Of a stretch of 56,827 nucleotides of DNA, positions 26,722 through 37,059 are shown in pieces. The DNA lies in IMG/VR virus record IMGVR_UViG_3300048856_000110, positions 1 to 56,827 of that record; one strand, written 5' to 3'. The stretch is from a virus. Taxonomy: Duplodnaviria > Caudoviricetes. The notes under the pieces are model-generated. The model was not told where the DNA came from and searched no databases. It saw only the letters and a program-made list of their open reading frames with translations. Numbering within the stretch: position 1 is the first letter of the stretch; each line of letters begins with the position of its first letter. The position numbers and the translations under genes were made by a program.

Positions 26722-27057
26722 ATGACCATGCGCCTCGCCGCCGCCTGCCAGAGCCTCGCTGCCTGGACTCGATCTCTCCTGCCGCGGTCTCACCGGCGCG
26801 GGCTCGACGTCTGCGCGTTGCGACTGGAGCCGGGGGACATCCTGGTGCTGCAGACGGACAGGACGATCAGCCGCGACGAGCGGACGGCGTTGATGGTGGA
26901 GGTGAGGCGGACGCTCGACGTCAGCCGGCACTTCGGCGTGCAGATGCTGCTGCTCGACGAGGGCTGGCGCGTGCGCACGCTGCAGCGGCCGGGTGGTGCG
27001 GGTGCTCCAAATCGGGGGCCGCGGCGGAGGCAGACAGGGTCAGACGCGGCAGCATGA
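26722..27057 (+). CDS. Hypothetical protein
   Basis: GGAG upstream; LRLEPGDILVL motif. Confidence 0.5.
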   Translation: MTMRLAAACQSLAAWTRSLLPRSHRRGLDVCALRLEPGDILVLQTDRTISRDERTALMVEVRRTLDVSRHFGVQMLLLDEGWRVRTLQRPGGAGAPNRGPRRRQTGSDAAA

Positions 27058-27275
27058 AGATCGTCACATGGTTCAGGTCGCTCTTCGCATGGCGCGCGGT
27101 CCGCTCGACCGGCGTCTGGGTCTACGCAGAGAACACCGTCACCCGCCGGAGAGCGGCCTACTGGCGGGGCAACTATTCGCCCCTCGATCGCGATTTTATC
27201 CGAACGGGCGACATCGTCCATGGGCCGCGCGGCACCTACGTTGTGGGTGAGCAGAGCGAAATCTGGGTAGGGTAG
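27054..27275 (+). CDS. Hypothetical protein
   Basis: ATGA coupling at 27054. Confidence 0.5.
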   Translation: MKIVTWFRSLFAWRAVRSTGVWVYAENTVTRRRAAYWRGNYSPLDRDFIRTGDIVHGPRGTYVVGEQSEIWVG

Positions 27276-27289
27276 AGAGGAGCAGCAGG

Positions 27290-27427
27290 ATGCCGATCAA
27301 GCCGCCATCGGGCCGCATCGGTTGTGGTGTCCGGCGCGCGGGCTTGGACGGTCTCCCATTGGCTTGGCCGCTCGTCGGTGCGGCCGTTGGCTTGCTCGCC
27401 GCTTTCGCCTTCTCGCTCTCGCCATAG
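27290..27427 (+). CDS. 45-aa membrane peptide (not in ORF track)
   Basis: GAGGAG RBS; C-terminal hydrophobic helix LAWPLVGAAVGLLAAFAFSL. Confidence 0.45.
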   Translation: MPIKPPSGRIGCGVRRAGLDGLPLAWPLVGAAVGLLAAFAFSLSP

Positions 27428-27633
27428 ACGATAGCCATTCGGGTGCGGGGCACCTTTCAGCGGCCGGCAACCGTCTCAAGCCATGATGTCTCGGTGATTG
27501 GAGCCCGTCGTGTTCATGCCGATCGCCGTCCAGGCCAAGTCCGGGCCCCGCCGCAAGAAGATTTCCGGGCAAATCATGGCACGCCAGAATTTCAAGGACG
27601 GGCCACGCGCGATGTCACGGGCGGCCCTCTGAG

Positions 27634-27969
27634 GTGGCGCGGTGGTCCGACGCCCGTTCGCCCGAGGCGGCCGCGTATCGCAAGCTCTACCAGTCGAAGG
27701 AATGGAAGGACTTCCGGGCCGGATACCTCCAGCACCATCCGTGGTGTGTGAAGTGCGAGGCGCGGGGAGAGAGGGTGAGGGCGGCGGTCGTCGACCACGT
27801 GAACCCGCATCGGGGCGATGTCCGGCTGTTCTGGAAGGGGCCATTCCAAGGCCTGTGTCACCCGCACCACAGCGGCGCCAAGCAACGCGAGGAAGCCCGC
27901 GGCTACGCGATGGGCAGCGATGCCGGGGGGCGGCCGCTCGACCCGCATCATCCGTGGAACCGGAGGTAG
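27634..27969 (+). CDS. HNH endonuclease (packaging-associated)
   Basis: HPWCVKC, VVDHVNPHRG, QGLCHPHH; lies upstream of terS. Confidence 0.9.
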   Translation: MARWSDARSPEAAAYRKLYQSKEWKDFRAGYLQHHPWCVKCEARGERVRAAVVDHVNPHRGDVRLFWKGPFQGLCHPHHSGAKQREEARGYAMGSDAGGRPLDPHHPWNRR

Positions 27970-27972
27970 GCC

Positions 27973-28299
27973 ATGCTGATCAAGATGATCGAGGGCGCGA
28001 CGCGCGTGCTTGGTCGAAGCCAGGGCTACCTCGGCCTGCCGCTGCGCGACGAGGTGGTGACGTGCTCAGTCGGCGGGCCTGGCACGCATTCGATGGTGAC
28101 GGCGTGGGAGCCGACGCCGGACGAGCTGGCCTTGCTCAACGCCGGCGCGCCGGTGCTGCTGCGCGTGATCGGGTCGGCGCACCCGCCGGTCGACGTCACC
28201 GTCGGCGAGGCGTCAGCGGACGACGGTGTCGGACGCGACCCCGGCCAGCCGGCCGGCGTGGGCGGCCGGACCCCAAAGGGGGGGTGGCTCGGATCCTGA
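27973..28299 (+). CDS. Hypothetical phage protein
   Basis: GATRVLG, YLGLP, WEPTPDELALLNAG, HPPV. Confidence 0.7.
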   Translation: MLIKMIEGATRVLGRSQGYLGLPLRDEVVTCSVGGPGTHSMVTAWEPTPDELALLNAGAPVLLRVIGSAHPPVDVTVGEASADDGVGRDPGQPAGVGGRTPKGGWLGS

Positions 28300-28400
28300 G
28301 GGGGTAGGGCCCCGGTACCGGCATGGGTCAAGCGTTCGCACTGGGAGCAAAATTTCCGAGGGGGGTTTCGGTTTCCGCTAGGAAAATCGTCCGATATAGG
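28275..28400. other. Probable cos/packaging-initiation region
   Basis: G-runs and short AT tracts between HNH and terS, where HK97-like cos phages place it; exact cut site not identifiable. Confidence 0.35.
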
Positions 28401-28409
28401 AACTAAATC

Positions 28410-28841
28410 ATGACCTTAGAGCCGATCGAGGGCGGTGACGGAATCCCGCCAGAACCGGACTGGTCGCAGACGTTCGATGACGTCCTCGACGTCGCTCTGG
28501 CGCACGAGGAGTGGGGCAAGATCCTGCGCGAGATGCAGGGGCAGCAGACGCTGAGCATCGCCAACGCCCACATGATCGAGCGACTTGCCCTCTACCGTGT
28601 CCAGTTCGAGCGGGCATCTCGGCATGTCGCGGCGCATGGCACGATCGTCATCGCGAAGCGGACCAAGGTGCCGCAGATCAGCCCCTACTGGTCGGTCATG
28701 AAACAGGCCGGTGAGGAGATCCGCGTCCTTGAGGTCGAGCTCGGTATCCCGCCCGTTCGCCGCGGCCGCACGACGAAGGTCGTGAAGAAGGCGAGGACCG
28801 TGCGAGCCTCCGATGCCTATCTCAAGCCCGTCGCCAAATGA
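28410..28841 (+). CDS. terS: Terminase small subunit (P27 family)
   Basis: Position; EW...ISPYWSVM...ELGIPPVRR. Confidence 0.85.
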   Translation: MTLEPIEGGDGIPPEPDWSQTFDDVLDVALAHEEWGKILREMQGQQTLSIANAHMIERLALYRVQFERASRHVAAHGTIVIAKRTKVPQISPYWSVMKQAGEEIRVLEVELGIPPVRRGRTTKVVKKARTVRASDAYLKPVAK

Positions 28842-30630
28842 TCCGACGACGGCTTGGGCGCAGGAGGTCGTCGACGGGGACATCATCGCGGGCGAACTCG
28901 TCCAGCATGCGGCCGAAAGGCACCTTCGCGATCTCCGCGACGGCGCCGCTCGGGGCCTATACTGGCAGCCAGCGATGGCGCAGCGCGCCCTAGGCTTTCT
29001 TCCTGCCGTCCTGTCGATCACGGAAGGGGCGAAGGCAGGTCAGCCGTTCCATCCGTTGCCGTGGCACGCCTTCGCCGGCGGTTCGCTATTTGGCTGGCGG
29101 ACGGCGACCAACCGCATGCGCTGGCGCTCCGGGTGGCTAGAGACAGGCAAAGGTCAGGCTAAATCGCCCTTCATGGCGGCCATCGGGCTCTACATGATGG
29201 GGTGGTACGGAATTCCGAGGTCGAAGATCTTCGCCATCGGCCAGGACAAGAACACCGCGAACGTCCTGTTCAAGGATGCCGCGGCCATGTGCCGAGCGCC
29301 GATCCCCGGCGGCGACGAGGAAGACACGCTCGAGGCGCGCGAGGAGGTGGTGATCCGCGGCGAGGGCGACAACGCCTGGAAGATCGAGCATCCGGAAACC
29401 GGCTCGCTGTTTCAGGCGCTGGCAAACACGGATGCTCCCTCGGGCCCGAAGCCGACACTCGTCTGCGCCGACGAGATCCACGAGTTCAAGTCGAACGCCT
29501 CGCTGGAGATCTGGCGCGCCGCCATCGCCAAGATGCCGGGCGATGCGCTGATGCTTCTCGGCACCAACACCCCGGCCTCGACGCAGTTCGTCGGGACCGA
29601 CTACAGCGAGTTCTATCAGAAGGTCGCCAAGGGCGAGATCGTCGACGACGAGGCCTTCAGCTTCATCGCCCGGGTCGACAAGGCCGACCGGGAGAACGTC
29701 TTCGACAACGAAGGCTGCTGGCAGAAGGCGTTGCCGGCGCTCGGAATCACGTTTCCCGTCGAGAACATCCGCGGCCAGGTGAACACCGCCCGGCAGATGC
29801 TGTCGACGGCGCTTTCCGTGAAGCGCCTCTACTTCGGCATTCCCGTCGGCGCTTCGGAGTTCTGGATCGCGGAAGAGGCGTGGAACGCCGTCCAAGGCAC
29901 TTTCGATATTGAGAAGCTGAAGGGGTGCCCCTGCTGGCTCTCGCTCGACCTTTCGCAGAAGAACGACCTCACGGCGCTGACGGCCGTCTGGATGGGGCCC
30001 GACAGCAAGCTCTACGCGAAGACCTGGTACTGGACGACGAAGCCGGGACTGGCAGACAGGGCGCGGAAGGATCAGGCGCCATACGATCTATGGGTCGAGC
30101 AGGGCTTCCTGACGGCGGTGGACGCCCCGACCATCGACAAGAGCTTCGTCGCCGCGAAGGTCTCGGAGCTCTGCGCGGAACACGAGGTCGAGTTTCTCGC
30201 GTTCGACGTGGCCGGAATGGCGGATTTCGAGGCGAAATGCCAGGAAATTGGCTTCCCGGTCTGGCGGTTCAAAGGTCCCGACGAGCCTGCTGGGGCCGGC
30301 CTGAAGCTGGTTTCGCACGCGCAGGGAACGCGCGTGGTCTTCGAGGACAAGCAGCTGACGATGCCGCGCTCGGTCGAGAAGCTGGAGGACAGGATCCTGC
30401 AGAAGACGATCGTGATCGAGCGCTCTCCGGTCACCTACTCCTGCGCCGCGAACGCGCACGTGACCAGCGACGGCCAGAAAAACCGGGCTTTCGACAAGAA
30501 GCGGTCGCGCGGCCGCATCGACGGCATCGTGACGATCGCCATGGCCGTCGGCTCTGCCGACAACGAACTGAAAAAAGCCGGGAAGTCCTTCTGGGAGACC
30601 GAGGACCTCGACGAGCTGCTTGGCGACTGA
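28813..30630 (+). CDS. terL: Terminase large subunit
   Basis: ETGKGQAKS Walker A, LVCADEIHE Walker B, LDLSQKNDLTA, RIDGIV. Confidence 0.95.
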   Translation: MPISSPSPNDPTTAWAQEVVDGDIIAGELVQHAAERHLRDLRDGAARGLYWQPAMAQRALGFLPAVLSITEGAKAGQPFHPLPWHAFAGGSLFGWRTATNRMRWRSGWLETGKGQAKSPFMAAIGLYMMGWYGIPRSKIFAIGQDKNTANVLFKDAAAMCRAPIPGGDEEDTLEAREEVVIRGEGDNAWKIEHPETGSLFQALANTDAPSGPKPTLVCADEIHEFKSNASLEIWRAAIAKMPGDALMLLGTNTPASTQFVGTDYSEFYQKVAKGEIVDDEAFSFIARVDKADRENVFDNEGCWQKALPALGITFPVENIRGQVNTARQMLSTALSVKRLYFGIPVGASEFWIAEEAWNAVQGTFDIEKLKGCPCWLSLDLSQKNDLTALTAVWMGPDSKLYAKTWYWTTKPGLADRARKDQAPYDLWVEQGFLTAVDAPTIDKSFVAAKVSELCAEHEVEFLAFDVAGMADFEAKCQEIGFPVWRFKGPDEPAGAGLKLVSHAQGTRVVFEDKQLTMPRSVEKLEDRILQKTIVIERSPVTYSCAANAHVTSDGQKNRAFDKKRSRGRIDGIVTIAMAVGSADNELKKAGKSFWETEDLDELLGD

Positions 30631-30651
30631 GCCGAGAACGGGGAATCCGCC

Positions 30652-30846
30652 ATGAGCTGGGCACGAAAGACGGCATCCGCCCTGGCGCGGGTGATTTCGC
30701 CGCTGTTCATCGACCTGACGGGCCTCGTCGGCGCTGGTCTGATCGTCTACGGCACGTTCGAGATCTACCGGCCGGCGGCGCTCCTCGTCGCCGGCGCCAT
30801 GCTCGTCGGATTTGCCGCCGTCGCCGCCCGGAAATCGGTCGAATGA
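30652..30846 (+). CDS. Small membrane protein between terL and portal
   Basis: Two TM segments; ATGA coupling to portal. Confidence 0.65.
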   Translation: MSWARKTASALARVISPLFIDLTGLVGAGLIVYGTFEIYRPAALLVAGAMLVGFAAVAARKSVE

Positions 30847-32156
30847 GGGGCATTTTTGGGCTCCTGGCGGGCAGAACGGAGCAAAAAGACGTCGGCGGCA
30901 CCGTCTACGGGTCTTTTGAGGAAATGTTTAGCGGCCTTTTCGGGTCCCGTCCGTCTTCGAGCGGCATTTCCATCACCTGGAAGCGGGCACTGGAGGTCAC
31001 GACGGTCCTGCGCTGCGCCGCGGTCATTGCAGAGGGCAATTGCTCGGTCCCGCTGAAGCTGTACCGCCGGCAGGTCGACGAGAAGGGCCGGGCGACCCGT
31101 ATCGAGGCCCGCGACCACGCCCTCTACGACCTCATCACCACGGCACCCAACGATTGGATGACCGGTTTCGACCTCCGCGAGACCCTCTCCCTTCACGCTC
31201 TGCTGTGCGGAGATGCCTACTGCTTCGTGAACCGCGTCCGAGGCGAGGTGAAGGAGATCATCCCTTTCGAGCCGGGTTCCGTCTGCGTCGACCGAGCCGC
31301 CGACTGGAGCTTGTCCTACAGGGCGGCCGGCCCGGACGGCCAGCAGGGGACTTACTCGTCCGCGAATATCTGGCATCTGCGCGGCCGCTCCTGGAACGGC
31401 TACCAGGGCCTCAAGACGATCGAACTTGCGCGAGATGCACTCGGCCTGGCATTGGCCATAGAAGAGGGTCAGGGCGCCGCCCACAAAAACGGGATGCGGC
31501 CGGGCGGACTGTTCAGCACCGAGGGCAACCTCGATGCCCCTGCCTACAAGCTGTGGCGCGCCGCCCTCGACCGTCAGTACGTCGGCCAGGCGAACGACGG
31601 CAAGCCGATAATCCTCGACCGAAACGCGAAGTTCACGCCGCTTCAGACCAGCGCGGCGGATGCGCAGACGATCGAAACCCGGAAATTCCAGATCGAGCGC
31701 ATCTGCGAAGCCTTCGGCGTCCTGCCCATCATGGTCGGGGCCGGCGACAAGTCGGCCACCTTCGCCTCGAGCGAGCAGATGTTCCTGGCTCACCTCGTGC
31801 ACACGGTCCGACCCTGGCATCGCCGCATCGAAGCGAGCGCCGACCGCTGGCTGCTGACGGCCAAGGAGCGAGCGGAAGGGTTCTATTTCGGTTTCGTCGA
31901 CACCGAGCTTCTGCGCGGCGACCACAAGGCCCGTGCCGAGTATTACCGCACCCGCTGGGGCATCGGCTCGCTCACCGGCAATGAAATCCGCTCCTTCGAA
32001 GAAGAGCCGCCGATCGACGGACTCGACTTCCCCTGGGCGCCGACGAATTCGGCGCCCATCGGCGCCGACGGCCGTTCCATGGCGCCGCCAAAGCCTGCGC
32101 CGACGCCGGCACCCGAGCCGGTCGATCCTTTAGAGGACCCGCCCAATGACGATTGA
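30843..32156 (+). CDS. HK97-family portal protein
   Basis: PNDWMT, GDAYC, IWHLR, QTIETRKFQIERICEAFGV, LLRGD, NEIR. Confidence 0.93.
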   Translation: MRGIFGLLAGRTEQKDVGGTVYGSFEEMFSGLFGSRPSSSGISITWKRALEVTTVLRCAAVIAEGNCSVPLKLYRRQVDEKGRATRIEARDHALYDLITTAPNDWMTGFDLRETLSLHALLCGDAYCFVNRVRGEVKEIIPFEPGSVCVDRAADWSLSYRAAGPDGQQGTYSSANIWHLRGRSWNGYQGLKTIELARDALGLALAIEEGQGAAHKNGMRPGGLFSTEGNLDAPAYKLWRAALDRQYVGQANDGKPIILDRNAKFTPLQTSAADAQTIETRKFQIERICEAFGVLPIMVGAGDKSATFASSEQMFLAHLVHTVRPWHRRIEASADRWLLTAKERAEGFYFGFVDTELLRGDHKARAEYYRTRWGIGSLTGNEIRSFEEEPPIDGLDFPWAPTNSAPIGADGRSMAPPKPAPTPAPEPVDPLEDPPNDD

Positions 32157-32838
32157 CCGCAACCAGTTCGGCCTTGAGGTCAAGTTTGCCGGCGGCGATC
32201 AGGCGGACGGCACCTTCTCCGGCTACGGCTCGATTTTCGGCAACGAGGACCATGGCGGCGACGTCATCCTGAAGGGCGCCTTCCGAGACACCCTCCGGGA
32301 CTGGAAGGCCAAGGGCAAGCTGCCGAAAATGCTCCTGCAGCACGGCGGCTTCTTCGGCGGTGTCGCCGACATGGTCCCGATCGGCAAATGGACGGCGATG
32401 GAGGAGGACTCCAAGGGCCTCGCCGTCGAAGGCAAGCTGCTTGCCCTCGATTCGGATCTCATGAAGCGGGTCTATCCCGCCATGAAGGAGGGCGAGCTCG
32501 ATGGCATGTCGATCGGCTACCGCGCCAAGGAATTCGCGCTCGGCACGAAGCCGGGCGAGCCGTACCGCACCATCAAGAGGCTCGATCTCCTGGAGGTCAG
32601 CGTCGTCCTGTTCGGTATGAACGACCAGGCGCTCGTCGAGGACGTCAAGACCGAGATCGACGACCTCAAAACCCTTTCCGACGCCGAGAAATTCCTGCGC
32701 GAGGCAGGCAATTTCTCGCGGAAAAACGCCACCGCGTTCGTCTCGCGGCTGGCGCGCATCGCACAGCGTGAGGCTGGGGCGAGCAAAGCACTCGACCGCC
32801 TGCTCGAGCAAATGCGCTCGATCAACGGTCGCCCCTGA
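32146..32838 (+). CDS. HK97-family prohead protease
   Basis: FSGYGSIFGNED, MLLQH, PIGKW, GMSIGY, LLEVSVV. Confidence 0.93.
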   Translation: MTIDRNQFGLEVKFAGGDQADGTFSGYGSIFGNEDHGGDVILKGAFRDTLRDWKAKGKLPKMLLQHGGFFGGVADMVPIGKWTAMEEDSKGLAVEGKLLALDSDLMKRVYPAMKEGELDGMSIGYRAKEFALGTKPGEPYRTIKRLDLLEVSVVLFGMNDQALVEDVKTEIDDLKTLSDAEKFLREAGNFSRKNATAFVSRLARIAQREAGASKALDRLLEQMRSINGRP

Positions 32839-32865
32839 ACCTCACAATCCAAAAAGGAGGGCGCG

Positions 32866-34245
32866 ATGCCCACGACTGAAGAGGTGCTGGAGTCCGTCCA
32901 GCGCGAAGTGAAGCAGTTCGGCGACAACGTCAACGGCCTGAAAAGCTCGATGGAGAAGGACCTCGCCGAGGTCCGTCGCATGGCCGAGGAAGCTGGCAAG
33001 AAGGTCGGCGCCGACCCGGAACTGAAGCGCGACCTGGAAGCCCTCAGCACGGGCGTCGAGGCGAAGCACAAGGCCTGGGAAGATGCGGCGAAGAAGGTCG
33101 TCGACGAGATGAAGGCCGCTGCCGAGCGCATGGACGGCCTGGAGAAGCGCCTGAACCGACCCGGCGCTCCGGGTGGCGACCAGAAGTCGGCGCTGGATCA
33201 GGCGATGGAATTCAAGCGGGTCGCTATGTCCCGCCGCGGCGAACTGAAGGCGACCACTGTCATCACGCCGGACATGGTCAGCCTCGACGAGTACAAGGCC
33301 TATGGCGACGCCTTCTCGCAGTCGCTGCGCCGGCAGGAAAACCACCTGACGACGGACGAGCAGAAGGCCCTGATGGTCGGTTCTGATCCGGACGGTGGCT
33401 TCCTCGTGCCGACGGCAACGTCGAACCGCATCATCACGCGCGTCTACGAAACCTCGCCGATCGACGAGCTCGCGACGCACGAGACGATCTCGACCGACGC
33501 CCTCCTTGTGCCGATCGACACCGACGAGGCCGGCGCCGGCTGGGTCGGCGAGACCGAGGCGCGGCCCGAGACTTCGACGCCGCAGGTGGGCGAGCAGCGC
33601 ATCCCCGTCTTCGAAATCTACGCCAAGCCCAAGGCCTCCCAGCAGATGCTGGAAGACGCCGGCGTCGACGTCGAGGCTTGGCTCGGCCGCAAGGTCTCCG
33701 AGAAGTTCGCCCGCATGCGCGCCTCGGCGTTCGTGATCGGCGACGGCATCAAGAAGCCGCGCGGCTTCCTGACCTATCCGGCAGGATCCGCCGGGGTGCG
33801 CGGGACCATCCTTCAGGTCGCGTCGGGCAACGCCACCGCGCTGACGGCCGACGGCCTCATCTCGCTGATGTTCTCGGTCAAGGACCGGTACCTCGCCAAT
33901 GCCAGCTGGCTGATGAAGCGCGGTTCGGTCGCGGCCGTCATGCTCTTCAAGGATGCCCAGGGCCAGTACATGTGGCGCCCGGGCCTGCAGGAGGGTCAGC
34001 CGTCGATGCTGCTTGGCCATTCGATCAAGCGCGCCGACGACATGCCGGGCGTTGCCGCCGGCACTCTGCCGGTCGCCTTCGGTGACTTCCGCGCCGGCTA
34101 CACCGTCGTCGATCGTCTCGGCATCCGCACCCTGCGGGACCCGTATTCCTCGAAGCCCTTCGTGGAGTTCTACACCCGCGCGCGCGTCGGTGGTGACGTC
34201 GTCGATTTCGAGGCCTTCGCTCTCCAGGTCGTCTCGGCCGGCTGA
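32866..34245 (+). CDS. HK97-fold major capsid protein
   Basis: N-terminal coiled-coil delta domain; DGGFLVP, WVGETEARPET, GDGIKKPRG, FGDF, RVGGDV. Confidence 0.95.
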   Translation: MPTTEEVLESVQREVKQFGDNVNGLKSSMEKDLAEVRRMAEEAGKKVGADPELKRDLEALSTGVEAKHKAWEDAAKKVVDEMKAAAERMDGLEKRLNRPGAPGGDQKSALDQAMEFKRVAMSRRGELKATTVITPDMVSLDEYKAYGDAFSQSLRRQENHLTTDEQKALMVGSDPDGGFLVPTATSNRIITRVYETSPIDELATHETISTDALLVPIDTDEAGAGWVGETEARPETSTPQVGEQRIPVFEIYAKPKASQQMLEDAGVDVEAWLGRKVSEKFARMRASAFVIGDGIKKPRGFLTYPAGSAGVRGTILQVASGNATALTADGLISLMFSVKDRYLANASWLMKRGSVAAVMLFKDAQGQYMWRPGLQEGQPSMLLGHSIKRADDMPGVAAGTLPVAFGDFRAGYTVVDRLGIRTLRDPYSSKPFVEFYTRARVGGDVVDFEAFALQVVSAG

Positions 34246-34335
34246 TTTCGGCCCCGGCCGGCGCGCCAGCGCCGGCCATCTCCATCTTGCGGCTTCCGGC
34301 CGACCCCCCTTCACTCGAAAAGGACGTCAGCAGCC

Positions 34336-34746
34336 ATGCGCGACCTCATTTCCAATATCAACTTTGCCCGGGCGATCTCGCCGGCGGCGGCGACCGCCGA
34401 CAACACGGCGCTCGTCAGCCAGATCGTCGATCGCCGCGGCTCGGACTCGCTTGCCCTCGCCATCATCATCGGCGCACTCGCGGATGCCGACGCCACCTTC
34501 GCGGTGACGATCGAGCATGGCGACGCCTCGAACCTCTCCGACGCCGTCGCGGTGCCGGCGGACCAGCTCAATGGCACGCTCGCCGGTGCGAGCTTCACTT
34601 TCGCCGCTGACGATACGGTTCGCAAGATCGGCTATGTCGGCGGCAAGCGCTACGTGCGTGCCACGATCACCCCGGCCAACAACGCCGGCAACGTGTTCGT
34701 CTCGGCCGTCTGGGTGCTCGGCAATCCCAACCTGCGGCCCGTCTGA
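34336..34746 (+). CDS. Putative capsid decoration protein
   Basis: Directly after the MCP; IGYVGGKRYVR motif. Confidence 0.65.
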   Translation: MRDLISNINFARAISPAAATADNTALVSQIVDRRGSDSLALAIIIGALADADATFAVTIEHGDASNLSDAVAVPADQLNGTLAGASFTFAADDTVRKIGYVGGKRYVRATITPANNAGNVFVSAVWVLGNPNLRPV

Positions 34747-34828
34747 CACGCGTCGCCTTGCCGGTTGACCGGCCCTGGGCGCGGCGCCCGCCGCGCTCCC
34801 CTTTCACTCGATCAATGGAGACAGCGCC

Positions 34829-35413
34829 ATGGCTCAGACCGGCGTCGTGAAGAAGTCCTTCCCCTATGCGGTGGACGGCGTGAACATCGAGCATCTGGCC
34901 GTCGGCAGGATCCTGTCGTTTCCCGACGGGATCTTCACCGGCCTCGAAGATGAAGGCTACATCGAAGCCAGCGACGGCGACCCCGAGAACTCGGTCGACG
35001 AGGCCAAGGAGCGCGACGGGGCCTCCAGCGAGATCAATCGCCGCCTGATGGTCGCCTCCGACCAGGAGCTGAAGGACATCATCGCCCGCTCCGGTACGCC
35101 GGTCAGCGGCAATCTGGTGCATGCCCATCTGGTCGAGGCCGCCAAGGCGCAGTTGACGCGTGAGGCCGACCGTCGCAAGCCGGTCCTCGGCGTCGATCCG
35201 AACAGCGGCGTCACCGAGCAGCCGCTGGCGGCGCCTGGCGCGCCGACGCCGCCATCCGCCGCCGATAGCATCGCCGCGCAGCAGGCGGTCGCCGAGGCCG
35301 CGACCGAGGCAGCCGACGGCGGGGCCGAGGGTGGCAGCGAGGCTCCTGTTGTCCGCAACCAGCTCGGCGATGCACTGCCAGAGCGGCGCCAGCGCGCCAA
35401 GAAGCCGTCCTGA
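34829..35413 (+). CDS. Hypothetical head-module protein
   Basis: GGAGA RBS; position. Confidence 0.6.
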   Translation: MAQTGVVKKSFPYAVDGVNIEHLAVGRILSFPDGIFTGLEDEGYIEASDGDPENSVDEAKERDGASSEINRRLMVASDQELKDIIARSGTPVSGNLVHAHLVEAAKAQLTREADRRKPVLGVDPNSGVTEQPLAAPGAPTPPSAADSIAAQQAVAEAATEAADGGAEGGSEAPVVRNQLGDALPERRQRAKKPS

Positions 35414-35417
35414 CCCC

Positions 35418-36029
35418 GTGCTGAGGGTCATCGCCCCGGCCGAAGACCGCAATCTCCTCACCCTTGAGGAGTTGCGGGACGCGGCCGGGGTGCCCGCCGA
35501 CGACGCCACCGACGCGAAAATCACCACGCTCGGCCTGCGCGTTTCGGATCTCATTTCCCGCGCGTGCAACGTTGCCGCCGGCGGACCACATCCGCCGACC
35601 CTTCGCAAGGAAGTGGTCGCGGACGACGAGGGATGCTGGCCGCGCGGCGAGTGGATCTTGTCGCGGCGCTTTGCGGTCGTCACGGCCGCGACGATTGCCG
35701 GCGTCCCCATCGCACTGGACGGTCTGTCAGCCGACTTCAGCACCGGGATCCTCTCGCGTCTGGATCGCTGCCTTCCGACCCACGGCCGCTACGACATCAC
35801 CTACGAAGCGGGCTTCGAAGAAGTGCCCGAGGATTTGAAATACGCCGCCGTCCTGGCGGTGAGGGAATTCTGGGCCAGTGCCGACCGTGATCCGCTGCTG
35901 CGCAGCGAGAACGTCGAGGGCATCGGCCGCTTCGACTACCAGATCGACGCGACCTCCCAGAACGGCTGGAAGGCGCTGCCCTACGCCACGATGGCGGCCA
36001 TCTCGCCCTACCGCTCCGTGGTGATCTGA
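35418..36029 (+). CDS. Head-tail connector (gp6-like)
   Basis: LLTLEELR, ITYEAGFEEVPEDLKYA, ISPYR. Confidence 0.75.
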   Translation: MLRVIAPAEDRNLLTLEELRDAAGVPADDATDAKITTLGLRVSDLISRACNVAAGGPHPPTLRKEVVADDEGCWPRGEWILSRRFAVVTAATIAGVPIALDGLSADFSTGILSRLDRCLPTHGRYDITYEAGFEEVPEDLKYAAVLAVREFWASADRDPLLRSENVEGIGRFDYQIDATSQNGWKALPYATMAAISPYRSVVI

Positions 36030-36370
36030 TGCAGGCGGAAGCCGCCATCGCGGCGCTCGATCGCCAGATCCGCCAGCATGGTCAGCCGGTGACGTTGAGA
36101 CGCACGGTGGCGAACAGCGCGGCCATCGAGCATTCGTGCCGTGCAGTCGTCCGCGGCTATCGTGCCGACGAACTCGTCGGGGGAATTCAGCAGGGATGGA
36201 GCCAGGTCGCGATCTCTCCGACCGAGCTCAAGGGCAGCCCTTTCGAAACGGCGATTCCGGCGGTGATCAACAAGCTGACCTTCGACGGCCGCTCGCGCAC
36301 CATCGAGTCCGTCGAGCCCGTCAGCATCGACGGCCAATTCGTCCGTTTCAACATCAACGTGAGCGGCTGA
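36029..36370 (+). CDS. Head-closure/adaptor protein
   Basis: HGQPVTLRR, position, TGATG coupling. Confidence 0.65.
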   Translation: MQAEAAIAALDRQIRQHGQPVTLRRTVANSAAIEHSCRAVVRGYRADELVGGIQQGWSQVAISPTELKGSPFETAIPAVINKLTFDGRSRTIESVEPVSIDGQFVRFNINVSG

Positions 36371-37059
36371 TGTCCCTGACGGCTAAGATCGACCCGATCG
36401 ACCGCGACGTCGCGCTTCTGTTCGATGTCGAGCTCGGCCCAGAGGCGCGCAGCAAGGCGCTCGCCGACTTCGCGCGCGAGCAACTCTCCGCGGCGCAGGA
36501 GACCAATCGGCAGGCTCTCGGCATGGTGCCGCCGCACGAGACTTTCGTCGACGGCCGCAAGGGCGCTTCCGTCGAGACGGTGAAGCCCGACGGGACGATC
36601 GTCTTCCTGTTCGACCTCATAGAGGACGCGCTGATGTGGATCGGCGAGCATCTGCCCAAGGAGAGCCCGGTCCGGACCGGAAAGTTCGCGAAGTCTTTCA
36701 TCCTCCTCGCCGACGGCGTCGAGGTTCCTATGCCGGGACCGATTCCGCCGGCGTCGGAATATGTCTTCGCCAACGTGCAGCCCTATGCGCGCAAGATAGA
36801 GCGCGGGCTGTCGGCGCAGGCGCCGGACGGCGTCTTCCAGGCAATAGCAGTGGTCGCCAAAGGGCGGTTCGGCAACATGGCGGCGATCAAGTTCTCCTAC
36901 CGCGCGCTGACGGGCGGAATGATCATGGAATACAAGTCGACGGCGCGGACGACTACACGCGGAAAGAACGGCCGGTTCACGTCGTCGGGTGCCGATCGCA
37001 GTTACCAGAAGGCCGAGCGGGAGCTGCGCGTTCCGGTCATCGTCGTGCGGGTCTACTGA
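36370..37059 (+). CDS. HK97 gp10-like neck protein
   Basis: SPVRTGKF, NVQPYARKIERGLSAQAPDGVF. Confidence 0.7.
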   Translation: MSLTAKIDPIDRDVALLFDVELGPEARSKALADFAREQLSAAQETNRQALGMVPPHETFVDGRKGASVETVKPDGTIVFLFDLIEDALMWIGEHLPKESPVRTGKFAKSFILLADGVEVPMPGPIPPASEYVFANVQPYARKIERGLSAQAPDGVFQAIAVVAKGRFGNMAAIKFSYRALTGGMIMEYKSTARTTTRGKNGRFTSSGADRSYQKAERELRVPVIVVRVY

